DNA from: Eledone cirrhosa
Lineage: Eukaryota
Reading direction: 5' to 3'
Assembly: GCA_964016885.1 (NCBI GenBank)
Contig: OZ024748.1
Location: 36,518,001-36,582,000, forward strand
Length of the DNA stretch: 64,000 nucleotides
Both the position numbers and the translations under genes were made by a program. Below the pieces are notes generated by a model, which worked only from the letters and a program-made list of their open reading frames with translations, was not told where the DNA came from and did no database searches. Positions 13,901 through 25,990 of the stretch are shown here, in pieces (position 1 is the stretch's first letter; each line of letters opens with the position of its first letter).

Positions 13901-13977
13901 CCATATTATAAATGGATGAAAATTGAGATTTCTCAATAAATAAGTAAGATTGAATCACACACTTATGTTTTATTATG

Positions 13978-14320
13978 GAGGCACATGGCTTAGTGGTTAG
14001 AGCATTGGCCTTGCAATCGAAAGGTTGTGAGTTCAATTCTCAGACCGGGTGATGTGTTGTTTCCTTGCGCAAGACACTTTATTTCACATTGCTCCAGTTT
14101 ACTCAGCTGTAGAAATGAGATGATAGGGACTGGGGTCCCTATTATTCCACTGCAAAGTGGTCGTGAAGGTACCACGGCAAAAAAGCACCCAGCACTCACT
14201 ATAAAATGAGGTTGGTGTTAGGAAGGGCATCCAGCTGTAGAAATCAAGCCAGAATCAGTTTCTGTCCCACCCTTGCAAGCAGGGAAAAAGCAGACGTAAA
14301 ATGAAATGATGATGATGAAT
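13978..14320 (+). mobile_element. Full-length tRNA-derived SINE
   Basis: A-box TGGCTTAGTGG, B-box GTTCAATTC, body AGGAAGGGCATCCAGCTGTAGAAA, (ATG)n tail. A 3' fragment lies at 40025-40160. Confidence 0.85.
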
Positions 14321-14403
14321 GATCTTGAAGCAAAAATTACATTTAGCTATCTGGTAGGAGGAGGTGTTAGAAAAACTAATGTAAAACATAAAAATTTACT
14401 TAC

Positions 14404-14530
14404 TTTCTACTTCAGCTGTGACAATGTTGGATGTAATTTTGATCGTGTCTATCCGACACTCTCCATCAATTTCCACGTATAATTTACCCTGCACAGCTTT
14501 GTTAAGTATTATGTATACTAACGATTGATC
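14404..14530 (-). CDS. Exon of BCAP/BANK1-like gene (DBB domain)
   Basis: TATAG acceptor and GTAAGT donor; 127 nt, phase 0 to 1. DQSLVYIILNKAVQGKLYVEIDGECRIDTIKITSNIVTAEVE resembles the DBB/TIG fold (TTVYVIV..TISVKAP). Absent from the ORF track. Confidence 0.72.
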
Positions 14531-14679
14531 CTATAATATTTTAAAATGATATATTTATTGACATTTTATGAAAAAAAAAAGGTTGAAATGATTCCCCCTT
14601 TCACCCCCCCCCCCATAAAAACTACAAAAATTAGATTGCATTTTCAGTTGAAGTAATAACAATGAACAGTTGATGGATT

Positions 14680-14885
14680 CTTGTTTAGGCACAAGGTCAG
14701 CAATTTGGTAGGAGGGGAAAACGAATTCATCAACCCAAGTACTTGACTAGTATTTCAATTTATCGATCCTGGAAGGATAAAATATAAAGTTGGCTTTGTT
14801 GCTATTAGAACTCAGACCATAAAGAGTCGGAAGAAACATTTTGAGACATTTCTTTCAATGCTCTACCAATTCTACCATTCCACAG
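14680..14885 (-). mobile_element. SINE family B copy (diverged)
   Basis: TTTAGGCACAAGGTCAGCAATT end plus reverse-complement core. Confidence 0.6.
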
Positions 14886-15457
14886 TCCTCATAATGAGCA
14901 CATAATAAAAAGGTAATTTCAAATTCCCGAAATAAAGTCTATTGTATGAGAGCAGACAGCTGTCCAATGAAAGAGTCTCTTTATGGGTCACACAATCTGC
15001 CGAATAAATCCTGCAAATACTCCCAGGTCTTGAATAATTATCTCCTCATCCCCACTTCCCCACTCGCATATTAAATTTTGCTAATCCTGCAAACTTTTAT
15101 TCTGATTCATATTGATACAGCAGCTGGAGAATCTAATGATAATTTTGTTTTACATATTTCCGAAGAAATCCCATATTTACGAACATACACTATACAATTA
15201 CCAATTCCCACCCCGTCTACCCACCTCCCACTTATATGAATTCAAGCAAATGTTCAACTTCCCGTTTATTCCGAACCTCCTCCTATTATTTGGGACCCGA
15301 GAGTATAAGTTAAAAAGATTGGACAGGCATTGGGTCCTTGAGATGTATTACCACGTTACATAACATGCTTTGCCACCAGAGTTTGCCAGTCGGTGCTGTG
15401 TCTTATTTTTGGAGAAGTGTTTAGAAGACAGAATAGATATGAAAAGCACAAACTTAC

Positions 15458-15924
15458 CGGGTACAGTATCTCAGGTATAATGTCAATACAATACAATTGA
15501 TTTTCCATCGAAATGTAATTTTCAACATCATCTTCCTCACTTTCATTGACTGCAAAATATTCATAATCCTCGATGATGCATAACAGTAGTTCCCGAACCT
15601 TTTCTGGACATTGTTGCAGTTCCACCACATTTGAAATAGTAAGCTCCTTAAAATCTTTAAGAATACAGTCAATAGATGTCACGTTACAATAAAAGATGTT
15701 ATAGTGACCATTTATCCTATTGTTTTCTTTAAAAATTTGCTGAATATTATTCTCCATACATGGCGTAAATACAATGACCTTCACGAGGTAGTTTTGCAAC
15801 ATTGATATTGTCACATTTGATTGCAACACAATATCCGTTTTTACTTTGTAGTGTTTGTCAAACATATTCTTCAAATACCCTGCCCAATCCTGTCCATCAC
15901 TTTCGTGAATAAACAGGATCATTA
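15458..15924 (-). CDS. Exon of BCAP/BANK1(PIK3AP1)-like gene: N-terminal TIR-like domain
   Basis: MILFIHESDGQDWAGYLKNMF matches BCAP ILIVYSPDAEEWCQYLQTLF; KVIVFTP and IFYCNV match later TIR strands; IDIIPE marks the DBB start. TTGCAG acceptor, CCG|GTAAGT donor, ATG at 15922. Confidence 0.75.
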
Positions 15925-16104
15925 CTGCAATAGAAATAAACATTTTACTTTAAATATCAGCCATAGAGGAAAACAGTCTACGTTTATGGTAAAAGGAAAA
16001 TCACGTTTTTTTTTTTAATAAATATTTTTATAGAGGCCAAAAGGGTGAACAGGGAAACCCAGACACCACCATTTATCCAAACACATGCACATACATACAT
16101 ACAT

Positions 16105-17190
16105 GATGGCTGTCTCCTCGTTATCGAGTATGGCCATTGCACGATATACCATTATTAATAATTATTAATTAATTCTATCTTGCAATGCCTGTGCGTGAAG
16201 ATATTTTTTAAGTGAGGAAAGACTGTGCACTGAGCCAATCCTACTCTTTGAGCGACAGCAGCTATAACCCGAAAAGAAGAAAAGATCAACATCATCGGTA
16301 ACTACTGAGTCGCAGGTTTTATATCAGAGTTATCCTAGTTTCCTGAGTTGCCTTCTCCTAGAACAAAGGTTCTAAACGGGGGGCATATGCACCCCCGGGG
16401 GGCGTTTCGGAACTCCAGGGGGGGGAGCAAGGTCGCGTTAGGGGGGCGTTTGGAGCTGGGGGAGGGTGTTAGGGGGCGCTGGAAGGCTCTTTATTTTGGT
16501 AAGTTTTATAAGCCATATTTGTTTGTCTTTGAGACAGCCAGTGTGAATGCATTTGAATGAGCTTGCAGACAGCATAACTATAGTCTGACCACAGCTGTGA
16601 TCAGGTGTGCAGGTGTGCCTAGACATTAACCGGTAATTGAGATCCTAAAAATGGAAAAATCCACAGTCAACTGGGTCAAGGACACTTTGAGCGCAGCCAG
16701 TTAGAATCTTATCTTTCCTTCACCGATAACAATGTATTTCATGTCTGAAATTATTGAATCAACCGCAACGAGTTAACACTATGTAGATCTATTTTATTCC
16801 CTATTGTATAAATAATATTACAAATAAAAAAAAAGAAAAGAAAAAACAGAAGCGAGTAGCACACACATCTAGGACCACATACAACACATAATCAGGTAAT
16901 ACACTCATCTAGGACCACATACAACACATAATCAGATAATACACACATCTTTGGAATATTGTTAATCAATTTTTTAGTAATCTACTGATATAAAAATCAG
17001 TAGTATATTGAAAAATGGAAAAATAGGGTGGTGGTGGGGGGCGTTTCGTGATTTCGAGGGACAAAAGGGGGGCGTTTGGCCTAAATGGATTGAGAACCTG
17101 TGTCCTAGAAGAATGCCCTGACAAAGGCTAGGAGTCCTTCACTCCCAGTGGTTTAACCGCGCGATCGGGTGTCCAGCCCGACTATTTCAT
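16105..17190. mobile_element. Retroposon remnant (possibly RTE-related) split by the hAT insertion
   Basis: GTTGCCTTCTCCTAGAA|GAATGCCCTGACAAAGGCTA is contiguous once the hAT is removed. Flanked by (CATA)n. Confidence 0.35.
16364..17102. mobile_element. Non-autonomous hAT (Charlie-like) DNA transposon
   Basis: TIRs CAAAGGTTCTAAA and reverse-complement CACAGGTTCTCAA. Perfect 8-bp TSD TCCTAGAA at 16356-16363 and 17103-17110. G-rich subterminal repeats. Confidence 0.85.
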
Positions 17191-18329
17191 ACATACATAC
17201 ATACATCGCCACTGTATATATATAATTAAAAAAATATGCTTTGTGCCCTTTCCTAACATTTGGTAAGAAACTCATATTATACCCAATTTATTCATCTCCT
17301 ATATTTGCTTATATATATATATATATAAGCAAATATTGCACCAAGAAAAGTATAAACGTCAGTGTGAAGGGAATTAGGAATTTATTTACTTTAACATATG
17401 TTTCTGTGTCTATTATAATTGGCTACATATGCTGACTACAATATATATTGTTCAATAATATGCAATACTTAATTATTTATCACATTTCATCAGAAAGCCT
17501 ATTATAGTGAAAGTGACTACGCAGTAGAATTCAGAAATAGTATTTTAAGAAAATGTAAATAAGTTAAAAATAAAATAAAATACCATCAGTTAGTGTGATA
17601 GTAGAGAGGAGAGGGAGTGGGGGGTAAAGAGTTTCACATTATCAATCTGTGTGATGTGGAACAATTATTCTTTGACCATTGGTATGGGTGAAGGTTTTGA
17701 TGTTTACCATATATCGTCAAGAGGGTAGAGAAGGTATAAAGAGAAGGACAGAAAAGGAGTAGGTAGAGATTAAGAGTAGGGTAAAGTGGGGAGGGAGGAA
17801 AGGAATTTAGAAAATGGGATTGTTTTGAATATTACTGAATCCATTGGGTGTGAAAAGTTCAAATGCTACAGGAAATGTACTAAATAGGATGTAGTAAAAC
17901 GTAGGTAATAGGGATCTAATCTTGTTCTAGACAAGTTTGTATTTAGCAAAGGTTTTTAGAACCTTGTTGTTTGCAATTAAATATCCTTTATTATGGCTAT
18001 TGGTGAGCTTTGTTGTTCTAAAGCTTCACCTGTACACTTACAGGATATTTGTATCACATCTGTAAAGAAAACCTAATAGCTTTTAGAGGAAATAGAAGTG
18101 TGTTCGATGAAGAGTGACCCCATCAACAATGAATCCATTTGAGGTGACAGCTATAACAATCATGTAGATTATGTTATACAACAGTATCAGGTTTGTTGTT
18201 GTTCTAAAAAGGTATTAGATCTGTGTCAAATTTACAACAACACACGCATTTTATTATTACTAGTTGAGGTACCGTGTGAACAGTTTATAAGAGAAGAGCG
18301 GTAGAAGAAAAAATGTATTGGCTATTCTG

Positions 18330-18620
18330 CCTTGAAGAGTCCTTTGTGTTCATTGTGTTTGCATCGCAACACTCATTTCCTCTCAGCGATTTTCATATTC
18401 AGCCTCTGTTTGTTGCGATTGTCTTTCTTCTTGCCTTAATCTTTCTGTTTCCCATCTCAAGTTCTGTTCACTTTCAGAAAGTTGCGATTGTCTTTCTTGC
18501 TGTCTCAACCTTTCAGTTTCCCGCCTCATATTCTGCTAAATGTAACAATGTTGATTTGTTTCTTTATTCCCAAGTCTTTTTCTAATATTCTTCGTGAGTT
18601 TCTCTTCCGCTTGAAGATTT
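18330..18620 (-). pseudogene. Degenerate charged-repeat coding fragment, Helitron N-terminus-like
   Basis: Minus strand reads RRETERLRQQERQSQLSESEQNLRWETERLRQEERQSQ, with stops nearby. Confidence 0.4.
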
Positions 18621-18730
18621 CAACAGTTTTACGGACATTGTAACTCAAATAGATGAGCGCTGTTTTAGTGTCATGATGAAATAAATTTCCTTGGTAAATA
18701 TCGTGAAAAAAAAAGTAAAACAATACAAAG

Positions 18731-19308
18731 CAAATATGTATTTGAATTTCGTATTTCTAAAGAAATGCGGTATGTTTATAAATAAACATTTAGAATAAAA
18801 CTGGCAGCCAACGCCACCAAGCGGTATCGGCAGAAACAAGGGGGAAATCAACTGGTTCTCGTCAGGACGATCCCTTCCCTTGCAACTATCGAACTTTGAA
18901 AACAGGCGAAAATGTATAGTTTTTTTTTCGTCTGTGTAAATGTGGTGATTAATCTCATTTGCATATGAAGCTGTATAAGTTGGCTCAACTTAATTCTAAT
19001 TCTATTCTATATTAAGTTGAGCCAACTTACACAACTTCATATGAAAATGAGATTAATCACCACATTTACACAGACGAAAAAAAACTATACATTTTCGCCT
19101 GTTTTCAAAGTTCGGCAGTTGCAAGAGCGGGAGAGATCGTCCTGGCGAGAACCAGTTGAGTTCGAAATGCATCGACGATTGTCCCCCTTGCTTCTGCTGG
19201 ACACCACTGGGCGGCGTTAGCTACCAGTTTTATTCATAGCTACGGCTTTCTAAATGTTTATTTATAAACATACCGTATTTCTTTAGAAATACGAAATTCA
19301 AATACATA
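18731..19308. repeat. Inverted pair of PLE-type terminal fragments
   Basis: ~260-300-bp arms around a ~17-bp spacer at ~19000. Confidence 0.85.
19136..19179 (+). ncRNA. Minimal type I hammerhead with palindromic stem III loop
   Basis: ATCGTC-CTGGCGA-GAAC cagttga GTTC-GAAA-TGCA-TC-GACGAT. The mirror arm retains the canonical CTGACGA. Confidence 0.8.
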
Positions 19309-20001
19309 TCTGTATACAGCTATGCTCGACGCTAAATTCTAATTCTATTCAATACAAAGCAATATAAAAAATAGAAATAAATGCAAATAGCAGTCTTAGA
19401 TAATAGGTTGACACTCTGTCATTTGAATTAGGTTAATAATCAATATGACACTAAATTAATCTCAAATAGTATCAATTTTTTCTGTGTTCTGTAAAATCAA
19501 AGACTGGTGTAAAACGACTTTATAAAAGCTAACTCAATATTGTTAAACATTCAACTGATACTTTGATCTATAGTTTAAGGATTCGAGACTTTTGTGAGAC
19601 GCCACTCACACCCCCACTCTCTCTCTCTCTCTACCGCCACCCTCTCAATGTGCCGTCTCTTTCAATTTCTTCTACTCCCCTCCAAACTTCTCTCTCTGCC
19701 TTACTTTCTCTTTTCCTCTTTCTGTGTTTCTCTCTCTTTGTCACATATTCTCTCTCACTCCTGTAACTCTTCCTCTCTTTTAAAGTATGTCTGTTTCTTT
19801 TACTCTCTCTTTCTCCCCCTCTAACTCCCTCATGCGCGTGTATGTGTAAACCAGTATTCGTTGCCATTCTCTCTCTCTCTCTAACACTTTAATTGTATCT
19901 CCCTGTCTAACGGCCTATCACTCTCCCTCCATCTCTCTCTCTTTAGATGTGTGTGTGTGTGTGGTTAAACCCAACCAACCAAGAAACTTTTCTTTCATAT
20001 T

Positions 20002-20150
20002 GCGGTGGATTGGCAGTATCGGTAGAGAGTCGGACACCATGTTTTGAATCATAGGGTTACGTCTCTTTACGTTCTGAGTTCAAATCCCGTCGAGGTTAAC
20101 TTTGCCTTTCATCCTTACGGGGTTGATAAAATAAAGTACCAGTAATGCCA
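20002..20150 (+). mobile_element. SINE family B copy
   Basis: GCGGTGGATTGGCAG head, GTTCAAATCC B-box, family core. Confidence 0.8.
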
Positions 20151-20577
20151 GATATTTAGAAAAGGATATGAAGAGAACAATTTCACATTTTTCTTATAAA
20201 ACAATAACTGCGTACGACAGATACGTTAGGTTTTATTGAAAGGTTCTGTATTTTGTAGCACATTAGACATTTTTAGCATAACTCTGGGGTTCTTTAGATA
20301 ATAGCGGAGCAAATATGGAGTGGATGAGTAGAACGGTCCACTCCAGACAATACTTTTCTGCGTGGGGAGGCGGCACCAATTTTTTACTCATGTTGTATGT
20401 ATATCATGTTGTGGTTTTTATAAAGAACAGGGGAAGCGGTAAAACTCGCGGAGCACCACTGGCGGCATAAAGTATAGCAACACTATTGCTTGGGACCAGA
20501 TATTAGGCAACACTATACTAGAGAACATAGGGAAATATATCAAGATTATAATTTAAATAGAGAAAAATAATAAGTGT

Positions 20578-21058
20578 AGGCGTGGGTGTGTGTTGAAGGA
20601 GTTCGCTCGGATATTTTAGGGTTTTGTATTCCGTGAAAATTTGGGCAAGGGTCTTTCGCTAAATCCCCAGGCTGACCAATGGTTTATAATAGGATTTCAG
20701 TTGATAGGGAGTGTATGGCAATTAGTCGTTTATATTATATTATAGTGTGCATATATATATATATATACATGAGAGGGAGACAGAAAAAGAGAGAGAAGGC
20801 AGTGAAGGAACCGCTAGAATGCTTCGCGGTAATCGTCCCGGCTGGATATATGTGTGTACACATACACACACATATATATGTGTGTATATGTATATATATA
20901 TCAGTGTGTGTGTGTGTGAAAGCATGTGTTCGGGGTTATGTTTACGTTTGTGTATGCACGTCGACAAAAACAGAATCAATAAAATCGATTAACTCAAGGC
21001 GATGCCCCAGTATGGCCGCAGTCTGATTGAAAACTGTAAAACGTTTAAAAGAATAATA
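20578..21058 (+). mobile_element. Diverged SINE (third family) with internal microsatellite
   Basis: Degenerate tRNA-like head and ACTCAAGGCGATGCCCCAGTATGGCCGCAGTC..AAAAGAATA tail. Confidence 0.5.
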
Positions 21059-21486
21059 GAGTGATTCGTTCAAAGTAAGAAGAAGAACAACAACAACAAA
21101 CAAGAGACCTACCTTTATGACCATTTGCCATGGCCATATTGAAGTTGTGGTAACCGTATGAATATGAATATTTGTATAAGAGAGGAGCTGTTTAATAAAG
21201 TGACTTGTTTTCTGCAAGGTATTGCTAGTAAATGAACTAAGACTAAATTGTAGGCGAGACGTTTGACAATGGTTTTCCGGTTTATAGACGAGATTTCATT
21301 GGTCGAAAAATTGAAAAGTCGTAAAGATTCGTTTATATTAATAACAAAAATAGAAAGAAACACAAAAGTGACCACATTTTCCCAATTTCCCAGACACACC
21401 TGAGAGCACACACACACATATATACATACAGACGTGATCGTACACACACTCACACACACATATGTGTGTGTGTATATATATATATA

Positions 21487-21678
21487 TAACTGTTTCTATT
21501 TTTGGCACCGGGCCAGCAATTATCCTAGTGCATTACTGGTACTTTATTTTATCGACCCCGTAAGGATGAAAGGCAAAGTTAACCTCGGCGGGATTTGAAC
21601 TCAGATCATAAAGGGAGGTAACTCTATGCTCCAAAGCATGGCGCCCGACCCTCTACCGATACTGCCAATAAACCGCCC
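21487..21678 (-). mobile_element. SINE family B copy
   Basis: Near-full reverse-complement copy. Confidence 0.8.
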
Positions 21679-21695
21679 TATATATATATATATAT

Positions 21696-21769
<74 letters not shown>

Positions 21770-22256
21770 GGAATACCTATGTATCGCGTGTGTATATATA
21801 TATTCATATATATACACACACACACACATATATATACATATATATATACATATATATATATATACACATACATATATATACATACAATAAAAGATTTTTT
21901 ATGTTTAAGATATAGGAATTTTTCTAAACTAGATGTGATTTAAACATATCCGACACTAATTTGCATAATAGACTAAATAAATTTAATAACCCCACTATCC
22001 GAGAGCTTCCAACAGAAATGGTCGCATTCTTTAAGGGTATGTCAATTTATCTAATATCTCTGAAGGAGTGATAACTGATTATACATTTGCTATCGAATAC
22101 GTGCTAACATTATATGATTACGCAAGCAGCGATACATAGGTATTCCGTCTGTTACAGAAATATATGTCAATACCTAATAAATTCCTTTATAAAAGCACTC
22201 TTACAGAAAAGTTTTCTGGAGTTATTAATATTATTCAGAATATTAATAAATGAAGA

Positions 22257-22660
22257 TATAACATAACACTGGTGTGTATGAATATAACAAGCCGCTAGGT
22301 TGTGTGTATAAAGTTTAATTAACAAGTTGAAGTTATGTAGAATAGAATTGTTGACATGTCAAGAGTAGATGAAAGAATGAAGTAAAGTTATTTGTTACCG
22401 TTTTGAAGTGAGCTCGATAGAGACCATGTTAGGGTTGCCAAAGTGTGAGCCTCGGCGAACGCCCCTGGCCGAAGACCCCTGGCCGAAGGGCCAGGCTAGT
22501 TAGAAGAGAGTGAGATCGCCCTGAGCTATCCCTTTTATAGGGTCCCAGGACGGAAGTGACAAAAAGGGTTCTGCCGCCCCAACGGGAAGTAACTCCAGCT
22601 ACTTCCTGTCTAGAGAGCGGTGATGTCATTGTCATAACAAGGGAGGCAACTCTTTCTACA
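22257..22660 (-). mobile_element. Probable solo LTR (404 bp)
   Basis: AAGA TSD at 22253-22256 and 22661-22664. Minus strand starts TGTAG and has a CTATAAAAG TATA box. It splits the left arm of an inverted repeat. Confidence 0.55.
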
Positions 22661-22910
22661 AAGACATTCACATAATCAAAATATATGTTTTATTATATAT
22701 ATTTCGAAGGTACTGTGCTGTTTTTTAAGTACGTCCTCGTCAGATACTGGAATTGAACCATCAATACGGTTGAGGTATGTCATACATCAATTCATGTATT
22801 TTATCTGACGAGGACTTACTGAAAAACAGCACAGTACTTTCGAAATATATATAAAAAAACATATATTTTGATTATTGAATGTCTTCATTTATTAATATTC
22901 TGAATAATAT
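22661..22910. repeat. Inverted pair of PLE terminal fragments with hammerheads
   Basis: Arms 22661-22746 (continuing at 22226-22256) and 22802-22910. CTGACGA..GAAATATATA in both. Confidence 0.8.
22800..22855 (+). ncRNA. Minimal type I hammerhead
   Basis: TTAT-CTGACGA-GGA c TTACTG..CAGTAC t TTC-GAAA-TATA-TA-TAA. Mirror copy at 22691-22746 (-). Confidence 0.7.
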
Positions 22911-22919
22911 ATATAAATA

Positions 22920-23105
<186 letters not shown>

Positions 23106-23107
23106 AT

Positions 23108-23197
<90 letters not shown>

Positions 23198-23206
<9 letters not shown>

Positions 23207-23512
23207 ATAAATGGAAACTATATTTATAAAACCATATTTATTTCATTATATATATTTCAGGGATATCATATTAACAATATGCTATGCCTTCCTCAGACAA
23301 AATACATTGATTCCTTCTTTTTATTCTTTTTATTTTTATTTTTATTTTTATTTAAACATTCTTCATGAAAAATTAAGCTACCCTAAAAGTTGATGCTCCA
23401 AATATTTCGAATAAACGTTACACTAGATAAACTTCTATATTAAATATAAGAACACATGTAGACCAAATGGGCATCCTAAACTTTTTGAAATGATCTTTGC
23501 TAGATGCGATTT
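23198..23512. mobile_element. Chimeric fragment of the 30-34 kb PLE 3' UTR
   Basis: 23198-23305 is the inverted terminus (HHR 23245-23303, -). 23310-23512 matches 32890-33090. Confidence 0.8.
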
Positions 23513-23564
23513 GATAGATAATATCAAATAGATAACTAACCAGTAGCATTAATTAACTTTCTCT

Positions 23565-24233
23565 AGGAAACACCTGCTGAGCGCGAATCTCGACTCGCTG
23601 ATGGACGTCTTTCCCGGCTGGTTGAGTCACGACAAGCCTTGCTGATGTTCGCCAACAAGCGCTTGCGGAGGAGTCACCGTACGACGAGGCTTGCTGGCGT
23701 TCGCCTTCGTCGTCAACAAGCGCTTGCAGAGGAGTCCACGGCAGACAGAGACAACAGGCTTGCTGCTAAGCGTTCTCGGCATACATTAGCTACTGCTGCC
23801 AAGAGCTCAGGCTGGGTAAAAGCAGCCTTCAGATATAACCCCTCTGAGGATTACGGACTTCTGCCTACAGTTTCCATTGGCAAAATGGATAATGTCTGTA
23901 CATCCTACAAAGCAATGAAGTGGCCAGGCGAGGCGCCTTCTATGTGTTGTGCAGGAGGTAAGGTGCAACTAGAGGCATTGGCTGACCCGCCAGACGTTCT
24001 TCTGAATCTACTTACAGGTGACGACACTACGGCGACAACGTTCCGCCGTAACACGTGGAAATACAACTCCTGTTTCATGATGACCTCCTTTGGTGTAGAC
24101 AATAACAACACCACCAACAGTGTGAACCCCAACAACAACGTTGCACCTGTGATGCGCGGGAAGTAACTTTCATACATTTTAACAACAGAGCAAAGGTCGA
24201 CATACACCCGGGCAACGCCGGGTACTTCTGCTA

Positions 24234-24234
<1 letters not shown>
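23565..24234 (+). mobile_element. Internally deleted Helitron (RepHel N-terminal fragment plus intact 3' end)
   Basis: IGKMDNVC..AMKWPGE..CCAGGKVQL..YNSCFMMTSFG motif. Subterminal hairpin ACCCGG-gcaacg-CCGGGT, then CTAG|T at 24231-24234. Confidence 0.88.
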
Positions 24235-24291
<57 letters not shown>

Positions 24292-24357
24292 GTAGAACAC
24301 TGGAAGGTAATATTCGTAGTAGTAGAGTACTCAGTCCATGGGACGAGTTTTGTAGAA

Positions 24358-24492
24358 GTAGTAACGCAACAGTTAGTCCACCATACCGAGAACAACTGTC
24401 TCACCCCGTGCGGATCCTCAGTCTGAGCTGAAGATCCGCATGAGGTGAGACAGTTGTTCTCGGTATGGTGGACTAACTGTTGCGTTACTACT
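24358..24492. repeat. Near-perfect 135-bp palindrome with hammerhead-like motif
   Basis: ~64-bp arms; GAG-CTGAAGA-..-GAGA-CAGTTG-TT-CTC at 24425-24461. Confidence 0.75.
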
Positions 24493-24696
24493 AGCGTCTG
24501 AAAGTTTATACCCTCTTCCTGTTATATCAAGCGTTAACCTAATATATCCCTCCCATATACTGTACCGATTATGTTGTTATTTCTGTTTACCTTTTACATA
24601 CATATATATATACTTACGTTTTTTTTTCACATTTTCCATTCCTTCCTTTTCTTTTCTTCTCTTCTCTCTCTTTATTTTTCTATTTCATCTTTATTT

Positions 24697-24740
24697 CTCA
24701 TTCTGATGGAGGACTAGTGTCTGAAACGTTAAGACTCTTT
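24697..24740 (+). ncRNA. Degenerate hammerhead-like motif in a pLTR-like remnant
   Basis: CTGATGG-AGGAC tagt GTCT-GAAA-CGT-TA-AGA. Confidence 0.4.
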
Positions 24741-25461
24741 TCCTTTTATTTCAAGTGTTAAATTAATATGTTTCTTCATTGTATTGCATCGTTTGCTTTG
24801 TTATTTCTGTTTACTTTTTATATATATATGTATATACATATATATCTATATCCAAAATTAAGATAAATCAAATGAATTTAATCTAAATCAAAATTATGGG
24901 TGTCATGCCAGAAAGACATGCGCCATATCACCCGCAAAATAAGCTCTAAGATTCTAACGAGTAGGTGAACATGAAGTGTAAACACGGATTGCTGGAACTT
25001 CTTCCTTGTTGAAAATCCAAGTCCCCACTTCTGTGGTTTACCATCTGATTAATTGGTGAAATATATTTCTTTAATGGAATATATACAGGGAAGATTAATC
25101 ATATTATAAGGTATCTATTTTTGAAGTTCTGGTCAACTTTATTTAGTTACCTATCTAGCTATGTATGGTTACACACTTGTAAAATTGATCTCCTGTGATT
25201 ATTCATGTTTATTTATATGTTAATCAATCTCTAGTTATTATGTATGTATATATATTTTTTTTTCTTCCCTGAGTCAGTTTTTTTCGTTGCTTTGGTCACT
25301 GTGGCTCGCTTATCGGTCGCTGTCTTCAATTTGCAAAGCTGTCTAAACGTAATGTTATAACTCTAAGGTAAAATACCTTATTGAGTGCTTAGCTGCAAAT
25401 CCCGATTGCAATCGTTAGCTTAGCTGCAACCAGAGCTTCGATTATGCTGTACTAACTTTTG

Positions 25462-25515
<54 letters not shown>

Positions 25516-25649
25516 CTTGCTCTCACGCACTACTGGTAACATATAACCCAAGTATAACCTGTTGCAGTGACGTGCCTTTGGCGACGAAGCCGACCAAGCC
25601 TGTTTGATGAGGCACAGAATATTTTGGACATCCTGCGGAATAACTTGAA

Positions 25650-25990
25650 AATAATTGTGTCTACTTTAGGCACAAGGTCAGCAATTTGGAGGGGGGGGGG
25701 AGTCGATTACTGGTGCCTTATTTCATCGACCCCGTAAGGATGAAAGGCAAAGCTAACCTCGTCGGTATTTGAACTCAGAACGTAAAGGATCTTAACTCTA
25801 TGCTGTAAAGCATGCTGTCCAACGCTCTACCGACACTGCCAATTCACCGCCCTTAAATAGAAAATAATGATTTCTATTATAGGGCACAAGGCCAGCAATT
25901 TTGGGGGCGGGAAAGTCGATTAAATCGAGTAAGTACGTGACTGGTACTTTATGTTATCGACCCCGTAAGGATGAAAGGCAATGCTAACAG
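25650..25990 (-). mobile_element. Two SINE family B copies
   Basis: Reverse-complement core ATCGACCCCGTAAGGATGAAAGGCAAA present twice. Confidence 0.75.

Noticed and set aside
17540-18300. Possible decayed retroelement coding sequence
   Set aside because: No motif could be read with confidence.
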